Positions 27,659 through 40,720 of a stretch of DNA of 64,000 bases are shown here, piece after piece (positions within the stretch are counted from its first letter, which is position 1; every line of letters begins with the position of its first letter). The position numbers and the translations under genes were made by a program. Origin of the DNA: the human T2T-CHM13v2.0 reference genome, Homo sapiens; NCBI RefSeq assembly GCF_009914755.1, contig NC_060937.1. One strand, 5' to 3'. The notes under the pieces are model-generated. The model searched no databases, had not been told where the DNA came from, and was given only the letters and a program-made list of their open reading frames with translations.

Positions 27659-29000
27659 TTACATTGATGTTTACCTTGCTGGTCAGATGTTTACCTTGCA
27701 AAGCCCTGGCACTCCAGGCAGAACTGGCCGTGCCTAGTGGCCAGCGAGGTATGGCTGGAATGCGGCTGGTCCCGGCGCTTTGCCTCCCTGCAGAGGTCCT
27801 GTGTGGAATACGTCCCCCTGCGAAGCAGCCAGGCCCCAGCTTCCCCCACCCGTCACCCTCCTCCTCAGCCCGAGGTTTGCCCACTGCCTCCCTGCGTTCC
27901 CCGGAGTGTTCACGGATCAGAGCTCGTGGCTCTCGGTCAGATCTAGAGTCTGAGGTTGAGGGAGCTCGGTGCTGGTGCCGAGTGGAGCGAGACTGTAACA
28001 GAAGCCCCTCAGGCAGGGAAGCATCTCCCATTTGTGCAGAAGCATGATTTTCTTCAGCCTGTGGCATGTGATCTTGACGTCCGTGCCACTCTGGGGGCTC
28101 AGAACGGTCTGTGCCATGTCTTCATGCAGCGGTGGAAAATGCCCCATCTGAGTCCCTAATGACGTGCGCCTATGGACAGTTGTTCCTTGACCACCCAAAG
28201 TGGGACACTGTCAGAGCCAAGACACAGGTGAAGACTGAAACGCGAGCCTCCATGCGGGGAGAATTTCAGCACCTTTAGTTCTCCTGAGGAGGGTGAATTA
28301 GCCTGGATCAGCGTTGGTTTTAGTGATTTTTGTGTGGGGTGCATTCGTGATTTCGGAAGCACAGCCCCTTTAAACACCATGCCTCCCACGTTTGGTTTCC
28401 TTGGGTTTGGGCCCAGATAACTCCTGTGCTGAGTGCGGGGCCTGTCCCAGAGGTGATGCCTGCCCTCCTCCCGCAGCGAGGACCCACAGGCCTCACCTAA
28501 TTTGCAAGAGGGCACCTCGTTCCCCAGGGTCCAGGGCTGTACGGCACTCAGAAGGTGGCTCACCAGAGTCTTCCTCCTCCTGCCCCCCTCCAGTTCCAAC
28601 GATGAACCTCAGAGGGATTCCCCTGTCAGAGGGTATGTGATCCTACAGAGACGCTGTGCCTCAAAAGGCTCACTACAGTACATCGGAATGTCCTCTAGAA
28701 GGTTGTAGAAGATTCCACTTGTGCGGACAGGCAAGAGCTTGGAGAACACATCCAAGATATTTCCTCAGAGTGGCAGTTACCTAACGAAGAGGTTCTTAAA
28801 AGAAAGGGGTCCTAATGCTTTATGTAGGATCTATGTTATCGAGCAAAGGGGTTTTCCAGAACAAATCGACCCAGCCTCCCATGAAGTGAGTGTGAAACTG
28901 TCTCTCTTCTAAAGATTCACAAGAAAAGATTGTGGCTTTCCTGGGAGACGGCGTACGGACAGGACAGGAGTCAGGGAACGCATGGTCACCACAGCAAGTG

Positions 29001-29688
29001 CAGCCATCCCCCTTATCCTGGGGGTGACGTTCCAAGACCCCCAGGGGACACCTGAAATGGTGGATAGTACCAAGCCCTACAGACACGATGTTTTCCCTAT
29101 GCAAACACCCCCCGATACAGTTTAATTTATAAATTAGGCACAGTAAGAGATTAGCAATAACTAATAATAAAATAGAATAATTATACCAATATGCTGTTCC
29201 CAATTTCAGAGATAGAAGATTCCATCTGACTGGACATCTTGGCATCCTGAGCTTACCTTTTTTTTTTTTTTTATTAAGTCGAGAACTTCACTTTTCACTT
29301 AAAGGGGCACCTTCTGGCTTCTCTTTGGTGTACCCACATTGCCAGCCTCACTGCTCTTGTGCTTTGGGGCCATGATGAAGTCAAATGAGGGTTCCTTGTA
29401 CTCAAGCACTGCGACCCCTGGACCGTGGATCTGATAACCAAGAGGCCATAAGAGGGGCGGGGAGCGTCCGCAGCCTGGAGACGCTGGACGAAGGGAGGGT
29501 TCAGTCCCGGGAGGGACCAAGCGGGCGGTGCCAGATTTCACCACGCTCCCCAGAAGGGTGCACAAGTTAAAACTTGGGAATTGTTTATTTCTGGAATTTT
29601 TTTTAATTTAATATTTTCTGACTGAGGTTGTGACCGCAGGTAATTGAGAGCTTGGAAAGCAAAACTAAGGCTAAGTGGAAATGACTAT
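29001..29688. mobile_element. MER44 (Tigger7-derived) DNA transposon
   Basis: ccttatcctgggggtgacgttccaagaccccca...aatttataaattaggcacagtaagagatta...gaaagcaaaac. Confidence 0.85.
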
Positions 29689-30475
29689 TCTTCCTTTCCC
29701 CGGAAGTGGGGTTGTTGCGAGTTCCTAAACCACCACCTGATTCTTCTGCTTCCACTTCATCTCACGCACTCGCCAGGAGCCCCGGCTTCAATCCAGCGCC
29801 CCACATCATCATTCCACTGAGGAAACCTCAGATCCATAGCCTTTCGCGTCTTGTGCTTGCTTTAAAGAAAAAAGTAAAAGGCCTTTCAAATATTTTTAAG
29901 GAAGAATGAAGTTTTAAAATTACATCAAATGCATCAACTTATGTGCAAACCAAATGTCTGCATTTATACATTCTAATCAGAAGTTGATTATCGTGGTCAT
30001 TGACCTACCCTGGAAGAGGCGGTTATTTTCCACCTATTTAAGGCCACACATGCTTCCTGAGCATCAAACACTTTGCCGCTTTGTTTGTTGCAATAGAATA
30101 TGACTTTATTGACTATAGCCCTCATGCAGACGTTAGGTCTCTAGACTTACTCTTCCTGTCAATCTTCCACTTTGAATTCATTGACTCACTTCTCCCCGTC
30201 CGCCCTGGCATTGGAAACCACTGTTGTATTCTCTATCTCTGAATATTTGAACTGTAATTTTTTAAGGGTTCCACATATAAGTGAGATCACGCATTACTTT
30301 TCTGTCTCTGGCTTACTTTGCTGAGCATCATGTCCCCCAGGTCTATTCAGGTTGTGGCAAATGGCACAACCTCCTTTTCTAAAGCTAAATACTGTTCCAT
30401 TGTGTATATAGACCAGGGTTTCTTATCCCTGGCACCCTCAGTGTTGACAGACACTTACGCTATTTCGGTATCCTG

Positions 30476-31520
30476 CCTACTGTGAGTAACGCTGCGGTGG
30501 TCACAGAAGTGCCCACTGGGAGCAATGCTGCGGTGGTCACGGAAGCGCCTACTGGGAGTAACGCTGCGGTGGTCACGGAAGCGCCCACTGGGAGTAATGC
30601 TGCGGTGGTCACGGAAGTGCCCACTGGGAGTAATGCTGCAAGGGTCACGGAAGTGCCCACTGGGAGTAATGCTGCGGTGGTCAAGGAAGCGCCCACTGGG
30701 AGTAACGCTGCGGTGGTCATGGAAGTACCTACTGGGAGTAACGCTGCAAGGGTCACGGAAGTACCTACTGGGAGTAACGCTGTGGTGGTCACGGAAGCGC
30801 CCACTGGGAGTAACGCTGCGGCGGTCACGGAAGCGCCCACGGGGAGTAACGCTGCGGCGGTCACGGAAGCGCCCACGGGGAGTAACGCTGCGGCGGTCAC
30901 GGAAGCGCCCACGGGGAGTAACGCTGCGGCGGTCACGGAAGCGCCCACGGGGAGTAACGCTGCGGCGGTCACGGAAGCGCCCACGGGGAGTAACGCTGCG
31001 GCGGTCACGGAAGCGCCCACTGGGAGTAACGCTGCGGCGGTCACGGAAGCGCCCACTGGGAGTAACGCTGCGGCGGTCACGGAAGCGCCCACTGGGAGTA
31101 ACGCTGCGGCGGTCACGGAAGCGCCCACTGGGAGTAACGCTGCGGCGGTCACGGAAGCGCCCACGGGGAGTAACGCTGCGGCGGTCACGGAAGCGCCCAC
31201 TGGGAGTAACGCTGCGGCGGTCACGGAAGCGCCCACTGGGAGTAACGCTGCGGCGGTCACGGAAGCGCCCACTGGGAGTAACGCTGCGGCGGTCACGGAA
31301 GCGCCCACTGGGAGTAACGCTGCGGCGGTCACGGAAGCGCCCACTGGGAGTAACGCTGCGGCGGTCACGGAAGCGCCCACTGGGAGTAACGCTGCGGCGG
31401 TCACGGAAGCGCCCACTGGGAGTAACGCTGCGGCGGTCACGGAAGCGCCCACTGGGAGTAACGCTGCAAGGGTCAGGGAAGTGCCCACTGGGAGTAACGC
31501 TGCAAGGGTCAGGGAAGTGC
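30476..31520. repeat. 36-bp CpG-rich VNTR, ~29 copies
   Basis: Unit actgggagtaacgctgcggcggtcacggaagcgccc; homogeneous core, diverged edges. Confidence 0.98.
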
Positions 31521-32351
31521 AGGCTGTAAGAGGTGGTGATTTCATCTTCTTTGGGTCTATCGCCCACTTGCAGAAAAGCATGTTTCTTCAGCCTGTGGCA
31601 CATGATCCTGATTTCCGGGCCAATTTAGGGGCTCAGGAGGGTGAGCAGAGCACACAGAACATGGACTGCTGGGTCATATGCTAGTGCAATTTTGTAATTC
31701 ATTTAGGAACCTCCATACCGCTTCCCATAAGGGCTATACCAATCCACATTCCCACCCAGTGTGTACCAGGGTTCCCTTTACACTCTCGCCAACATTTGTT
31801 ACCTCCTGTCTTTTTCAAAATAACCATCCTGATGGATGCCAGGTGGTATCTCATAGTGATTTTAAGTTGCTTGCTTCTGATGATTAGTGAGATTGAGCAC
31901 CTTTTCATATACCTGTTGGGCATTTTTCTGTCCTTTTTAGAGAAATGTCTGTTCAGGTTCTTTGCCTGTTTTTTAAATTGGGTACTTGTTTTTCAACTGT
32001 TGAATTGTATGAGTATTTATAAGTTTTGTATAAATTAACCCTTGTTTAGGTATGTGATTACCAAATGTTTTTTCCTTGTCAGTAGGCTGCCTTTTCATTT
32101 TGTTGATTGATCCCTTTGCTGTGCTGAGGTTTTTTAGTTTTAGGTAGTCCTATTTATTTCTTTTTGCTTTTGTAGCCTGAGCTTTTGGTGCAATGCCCAA
32201 AAAAATAATGGCAATGCCAATATCCAGAAGGTTTTTCTCTATGCTCTCTTTTGGGAACTTTATGGTTTCTGGTCTTACGTTTAAGTCTTTCATGCATTAT
32301 AAGTTGATTTTTGTTAACTATGTAAGATAAGGATGCAATTTCTTTTTTTTC

Positions 32352-32354
<3 letters not shown>

Positions 32355-32385
<31 letters not shown>
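32355..32385. repeat. (TG)n microsatellite
   Basis: Read directly. Confidence 0.95.
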
Positions 32386-32561
32386 GTAAAAAAAAAAACC
32401 CCCACTGGAAAGCCAGTGTTTCCAGCATCATTGATTGACAAGACTTTCCTTTCCCCTTTGCATCCTCTTGGTGCTCTTGTCGAAAATTCACTAACCATAT
32501 TATATTTGGATTTATTTTGGGGCCCTTCATTCTGTTCCATTGGTCTATGTTTCTGTTTTTA

Positions 32562-32822
<261 letters not shown>

Positions 32823-34974
32823 TCAGTATTGCTTTGGTGGTTCAGGTTTTTTTTGTGGTTCCACACAAACTGCAGGATTGTTTTTTGTTTCTGTGACGAA
32901 TGCCATTGGAATTTTGATAGGGATTGTGCTAAATCTGTATATTGCTTAGTAGCATGGACATCTTAACAATATTAATTCTTCCGATCCACAAACAGGAGAT
33001 ATCTTTCCATTTATTTGTATCTTCTTCAATTTTTTTCATCAGTATTTTATAGTTTTCAGTGTAAATCTTTGACCTCCTTGACTAAGTTTATTCCTAAGTA
33101 TTTTACTTTTTGATGCTGTCATAAATTGAATTGTTTTCTTGATTTCTTTTTGAGCTAGGTTGTTATCTGTGTACATAAATACAACTGATTTTTGTATGCT
33201 GATTTTGTATCAGATGCTGACTGCAGGAGCAATCAGACAAGAAAAAGAAATGAAAGGCATCCACATTGGAAATGAAGAAGTCAAGTTATCTTTATTTGCG
33301 GATGGCATGACCCTATATATAGGAAACCCTAAAACTTTTTTCTTTTTTCTTGTCTGATTACTCCTGCAGTCAGCGTGTCTGATTGCTCTTCCAGTACTAT
33401 GTTGAATAGACGTGGCAAGAGTGGGCATCTATGCCTTGTACCAGATCTTAGTGGAAGTGCTTTCAGTTGTTCCCTGTTGATTATGATGTTAACTACAGGT
33501 TTAAGGACCTTTCCTTCTGTACTTAAACCATTGAGAGTTTTTATCAAGAAAAGATGCTAAACTTCGTCAAATGCTTTTTTTGTGTCACTTGAAATGATCC
33601 TGTGGTTTTTTATCTTTCATTCTGTTAATGTGACATATCACGACGTATCACATTGATTGATTTGTATGTGTTAAACCAGCCGTGCATGCCAGAGATAAAT
33701 CCCACTTGGTCATGATATGTAACCTTTGTGGTGTCACATTGGATTTGGTTTACTAATATTATATTGAGGATTTTTGCATCAATGTCCATCAGAGATACTG
33801 ACCTGCGGCTCCCTTTTGTTATACTGTCCTTGACTTAGGTATTAAGGTGGTGCTGGCCTCATAAAAGATATTGGGAATTATACCTTTCAGATCTGTGTTT
33901 TGGAAGACTTTGAGATGTGTTAGTAATACTCCTTCCTTGGATGTTTGAGGGACGTCAGCCATGAAGCCATGTGGTCCTGAGTTTTTGTATGTTGGAAGGT
34001 TTGTAATTACTTTTTCAATCTCTTTGTTATTGGCCAAGCTTTCTATTTCTTCATGATTCAATTTTGGTAGGTAATTTTCTTCTAGAAATTTATCCATTTT
34101 CTTTAGGTTACCTAATTTTTGGCATATAATTGTTCATAATAGTCCCTTATGGTTTTTTTTTTATTTTTGCGGTGACTCCATTTTATTTTCTGATATTATT
34201 TGAGTTCTCTCTCTCGCTCTTTCTCTCTCTCTCTCTCATCTAGCTTATGGTTTGCTAATTTTGTTTATTGTTTCACAGAACCAACTATTGATTACATGAA
34301 CTTTTTCTATGGGTTTTCTGTTTTCTATGTGATTTATTTTTGTTCTGATCTTTATATGTCCTGCCTTCTGCTAACTTTGGGTTCAGTTTTTCATCTTTTT
34401 CTAGTTTTTTGAGGCATAATATTAGCCTATTTATTTGGGATCTTTCTTCTTTTTAATGTAGGCATTGTTGCTATAAACTTCCCTCTTGCTTTTGCTGCGC
34501 CCCAGAGGATTTGATATGTTAAGTTTCTACTGTCAGTTGTCTCAAGGTATTTTTTAATTTCACTTTCAATTTCTTCTTGGACCCACTGGTTGTTCAGGAG
34601 CATGTTGTTTAGTCTTTACATATTTATGAATTTTCTGAGATTCCTCCTGTTATTGATTTCTAGTTTTACACCACTGTGGTCAGAAACAACACTAGATACA
34701 ACTCCAATCTTCTTAAATTGGTTCTGTCAGGCTTTAGAATCACCTAGATCAATGCATGAAGATATTCTCTCTCTAGCTCACACAGCTCGCCATCCTACAT
34801 AAGGAGCCCCACTCTAGCCACAGGAGGAGAATGCCATGAATGCCAGCTCCTTGTTAATCCCATGAACTTCCCAAGTTCCCATGGATTGCCACTCTGTACA
34901 AATTAGAAATAATAGTTCATAGTGCTTATACCCAATAAATAGACTCAGATATGCATAAAGCCTCAAACACAATA

Positions 34975-35375
34975 GAAAGGGACTTCCATTTACATAAGAT
35001 GATTGAAATGACAAAATCACAGAGATGGAGAACAGATTCGCAGTTGCCAGGGGTTAGAGAAAGGAGGAGGAATCTGTGTGGGATAAGGGAGAAGCCCGAG
35101 AAACCAAGTTCTCTATCTGGATTGTGGTTGTGGTGACACAAAGATACACACAAAATAAAATTGCATAGAGCTATGTAGACATGCACATGTGTGCAAACAC
35201 ACACATACATCCATGAGAGCCTATATAACTGGCAAAAACTGAAAAAGCCCTGTGGATTTATCACGTTCAACTTCCTGGTATTGATAATATACTGTAGTTA
35301 CGCAGGGGACCTCCCTTTGCATTTCTTTGCAACTTTCTGTGAATCGGTAATGATTCCAAAATAAAATATCAAAAA
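34975..35375 (+). mobile_element. L1MC/MD 3'UTR fragment
   Basis: aaatgacaaaatcacagagatggagaacagatt...gttgccaggggtt...gcaactttctgtgaatc...aaaataaaa. Confidence 0.8.
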
Positions 35376-35944
35376 AGAGTGATGAAGACAGAGGGCTCTT
35401 CCAGGACATAAAGTATGAGAGGGTTTCATCTCAGGAAGACTATCATATTCTTTTATGTTTTCATTGAGGCCAAACATACTATACATCCTGTAGAGTCTCA
35501 AAGTGCATGAATTGTAGATGATTGCTGGAAATGTCTGCACGGGATGAGACCCCAGTAGCCACCGGCACTTTACAAAGCTTCCCTCCTGCCCCTCCCCCTC
35601 ATTGTCACTCCCCTCAAAAAAAACCCACTGTGCTCACTCCATGGCTAATGATTCGTTTTCCCTGATCTTGAACTTCATACATGCAGAATCAGAGTGTGCA
35701 GAATCAGGCTCACCCATGCCTGGCTTCTTCAACTCAGCATGTTGGAGATTCATCCGTTGGTTTAATGTAATAATCATTTGTTCTTTTTTATTCCTCACTT
35801 GTGTTCCATTCTAAGAACATACCACAATTTACTTAGCCATTCTCTTGTCAACACGTTATTTGTGTTATTTTCAGTTGTTTGTGCTCATTTCTCTTACATA
35901 AATCCCCGGGTTTAGGAGGGATTATCTTAGCTTTGTAGTAAATA

Positions 35945-38345
35945 CAGGGATATCTCATTTTATTGCATTTTGCAAATATTACATGTTTTAAAAATTGAAG
36001 TTTTGTGGCAGCCCTGCATCGAATAGGTCTTTTGGCTCCATTTTTCCAACAGTATGTGCTCACTTTGTGTCTCCATGTCACATTTTGATATTTCTTGCAA
36101 TATTTCAAGCTTTATTATTATTATTATATCTGTTACAATGATCTGTGATCAATGATCTTTGACGTTACCACTGTTAACTATTTTGGGGCACCATAAACCA
36201 TGCCCATACAGGAGCAAACTTAATAAGTGTGTGTATTCTGACTCCTCTACGACAGGCTGTTCCCAGTCTCTCTCCCTCTACTCAGGCCTCCAAATTCCCT
36301 AGAGCAAAACAATATTTAAAAGTGAAGTCACTTAATAGCCCAACAATGGCCTCTAAGTGTTCAAGTGAAAGGAAGGGTTGTACATCTTTCACTTTAAACT
36401 AAAAGCTAAAAATCATTGAGCTTAGTGAGGTTTGACATAAGCTTAAATAATTCAGCTAACGTCAAAAGCCGAGATAGGCCAAAAACTAGGTCTGTGGCAC
36501 CAAACTGCTAACCAAGTGGTAAGTGCAAAGGAAAGGTTCTCGAAGGAAATGAAAAGTGCGAGTCAGCGAACACAGGAACGCTTATCATTCAAAACACACT
36601 TACTGCTGATATGGAGAAAGTCTGAGTGGTCTAGAGAGAAGACCCACAGCCACAGCATTCCCTGAAGCCAAAGCCTAATCCAGAGCAAGGCCCAAGTCTC
36701 TTCAGTTCTATGAAGGTTGAGAGAGGTGAGGAAGCTGCAGAAAAAAAGTTGGAAGCTAGCAGGGGTTTAGTTCATGAGGCTGAAGGAAAGAAGCCATCTC
36801 CATAACATAAAAGTGCAAGGTGAATCAGCATGTGCTGATGGAGAAGCTGCAGCAAGCCATTCAGAAGATCCAGCTAAGATCATTGATGAAGGTGGTTAGA
36901 CTAACAACAGATTTTCAATGTAGATGAAGCAACCTTATATTGGAAGAAGATGCCATCTAGGACTTTCATAGCTAGAGAGGAGAAATCAATGCCTGTCTTC
37001 AAGCTTCAAAGGCCAGGCTGACTCTCTTCTCTGAGGCTAATGCAGCTGGTGACTTCAAGTTGAGGCCAATTCTGATTTACCGTTCCAAAAATCCTAGGGC
37101 CCTTACGAATTATGCTAAGTCTACTCTGTGGTGTATATGTTGAACAACAAAGAATAGATGATAGCATGTCTGTTTACAGCATGGTTTACTGAATATTTTA
37201 AGTCCATTGTTAAGACCTACTGCTCAGAAAAAAGATTTTTTTCAAAATATTAGTGCTCATTGACAATGCATCTAAGTTACTCAAGAGCTCTGATGGAGAT
37301 GTACAAGGAGATTCATGTTGTATTCATGCCTGCTAACATAACGTCCATTCTGAAGCCCATGAATCAAAGGGTCATTTTAATTTTTCGGTCTTAGTATTTA
37401 AGAAATACATTTTATAAGACTATAGCTGCCATAGATAATGATTCTTCAGGTGGATCTGAGCAAAGTACATTGAAAACCTTCTAGAAAGTATTCATCATTC
37501 TAGATTCCATTAAGAACATTTGTGATTCATGGAAGGAAGTCAAAATGTCAGCATTAACAGGAGTTTGGAAGAAGGTGATTCCCACTTTTATGGATGATTT
37601 TGAGGGTTCAGGACTTCAGTAGACAAAGGAACTACAGATGGGGTGGAAATAGCAAGAGAAGTAGAATTAGAAGAGGAGCTTGAAGATGTGACTGAACTGC
37701 TGCACTCTCATGATAAAACTTGAATGGTGAAGAGTTGCTCCTTATGGATGAGCAAGGAAAGTGGCCTACTGAGATGGAATCTACTCCTGATGAAGATGCT
37801 ATGAACATTGCTGAAATTACACAAAGGATTTAGAATATTCTACAAATTTAGTTGATAAAGCAGCAGCAGGGTTGGAGAAGACTGACTCCAATTGTGAAAG
37901 AAGTTCTATGTTGGTAAAATGCTATCAAACAACATCACATGCTACAGAGAAATCTTTCATAAAAAGAAGAGTCAATTAATGCAGCAAACTTCATTTTCTT
38001 GTATTAGGAATATTTGTGAGGCCACAACCACCTCAACCTTCAGCAATTACCACCCTGATCAGTCAGCAGCCATCAACATTCAGGCAAGACCAGAAAAGAA
38101 GATTACAATTTGTTACAAGCTAAGATGATCATTACCATTTTTTAGCAATAAAAGTATTTTTAACTGAGGTATGTACATTGTTTTTTAGACACAATGCAAT
38201 TACACACTTAATAAACTACAGCATAGTGTAAACATAGCTTTAATATGCAATGGGAAACCAAAACATTCAAGTGACTCCTTTTACTGTGATATTTGCTTTA
38301 TCGTGGTGGTCTAGAACTAAACCTGGAATCTGTAGGGTCTGCCTG
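35945..38345 (+). mobile_element. Near full-length Tigger1 (pogo-like DNA transposon) with decayed transposase
   Basis: TA then cagggatatctc start, ...gtctgcctg end; ~2.4 kb; residual FNVDE (~36914), IDNA (~37259) and PMNQ (~37357) DDD-region motifs; stop codons and no long ORF. Confidence 0.95.
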
Positions 38346-38600
38346 ACCTGCATCTCTAGGGTCTGCCTGACCTGCCAAACAGGCTGTCAAGACGATTGTC
38401 CCAGCTTACACTGTGGTCTGTACGCGTGAGTGTGTGTGTTTCAGAATAGGTTATGTTTTCACATGGTTCAATATCAAAACAATGTCAATAGGTATAGGTG
38501 AAAAATGTTGTAATTTTCCCCATGCTCACATCCACCCCTGCCCCTGCCCTCAGGTTACCACTCAGTTTCTTATGTATCCTTCCTGAGTTTCTTGGTGTAA

Positions 38601-39510
<910 letters not shown>

Positions 39511-39514
39511 CTAG

Positions 39515-40720
39515 GGCTGTTTCTAATGATTTGCTTATTCACACAATGCCATAATGAATACCTTTACACCCATGAAGGTGTATCGTTAGGATACATCCCC
39601 AGAGGTAGGCTTGCATCTGTAGTTAAATAGATATCGCTGAATCACCCTTCAGCATGCACTCTCATCCACGATGTACATATTGTCTTCCCACACCGCAGGG
39701 CATATTGTCCAAATTTTTCATTTTGGTTGAGCTTCTAAGTGAAAGAAACGGTATCTCAGTCAGCTGAGCGTCTTCTCTTGTATTTAAGAGCCATTTGCCT
39801 TTGCCCTTCTCTGGGCCAGTTTGTTCATTTCCACTGCCCATTTTTTTCTGGCTTGTTTTTTTCTTATTGATTTGTAAGGCCCTTTATATGTGAGAGGTAT
39901 TCGTCTTTTGTGATATGAGCTGCATTTCTTTTAACTCCAGTTGAATTTTTGAGTCTTAGTTTCTCCAATCCGGGTTATAAGGGATTTTCCTGTGCTTTAT
40001 CTAGTATCATCACGGTTTCTCTCACTTGCATTTTTTTGTTTGACCCATTTGCAGTCCACCCCAGTGTGCTGTGCTATGGGGATCCAAAGGTGTTTTCCCC
40101 CCGCCCAGTAGCAGAAAAATCCAGGTATTCGACGTTGTATTGAAAATCACACCTTTTCCTCTCACTCGAGCTGCCACCTTTATTCACCTGTTCATTCCCA
40201 CAGTGCTAGTTTCTGTGCCTGAACTCTCCTCTGTCCCACCTGCCTCCGCCTGTGCGAGCCGGCACCGGGCCGCTTTCATTGCTGGGTCTTCGTGATTCAT
40301 ATCCAGCAGGCGAGGGCCCTGCACTGCTCTTCCTTTTCAGAGTTTCTTTACTATTACTTATTTTTCCTCATGAACTTTGAAATTAGCTTGCTTGGTTCAA
40401 AAAAAATCACTGTTGGTAATTTTATTGGGATCATATTATGTTTTTAGGATAACCTAAAGAGAATGTATAGCATTATGGTGTTGAGACTTCTTCGTCAAGA
40501 AAAGTGTGTCTTTCTATGTGTTCAGGTCTTTCGTGCACCTCCGTGGTATCTGAAAACTTTCCTCATAGATCTTGCCAATTCCTCATTGAATTTACTTCTG
40601 GTTCTTGCTGTTATTTTTGCTGCTGCTGTTATTTTTGCTGTGATAAATGGGGGTCTTTTCTTCCTTAAATGTTCTAATTTGTTTTTTGTATCTATGAGGG
40701 CTACTGGTTTTAAGACACAT
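39515..40720 (-). mobile_element. Old L1 (L1ME/MC) fragments, continuing ~38440-38810 and ~35540-35940
   Basis: T-rich degenerate L1 antisense motifs (aagagccattt, ttattgatttgtaag, catgaactttgaaattagcttg, ttggtaattttattggga). Confidence 0.65.

Noticed and set aside
30476-31520. 36-bp repeat as a CRISPR array
   Set aside because: Repeats are contiguous with no unique spacers; primate DNA; no cas genes
30455-31684. Four overlapping 334-400 aa ORFs, including a mucin-like (TEAPTGSNAAAV)n and an Arg/Ser-rich repeat
   Set aside because: They are explained by a 36-bp (multiple of 3) unit lacking stops in several frames on both strands; the array is embedded in an L1, with no signal peptide or supporting exons
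36350-37800. Tigger1 transposase as a domesticated TIGD-like gene
   Set aside because: Multiple stops and frameshifts, no ORF of 60 aa or more in the track, and the third catalytic Asp appears as Asn
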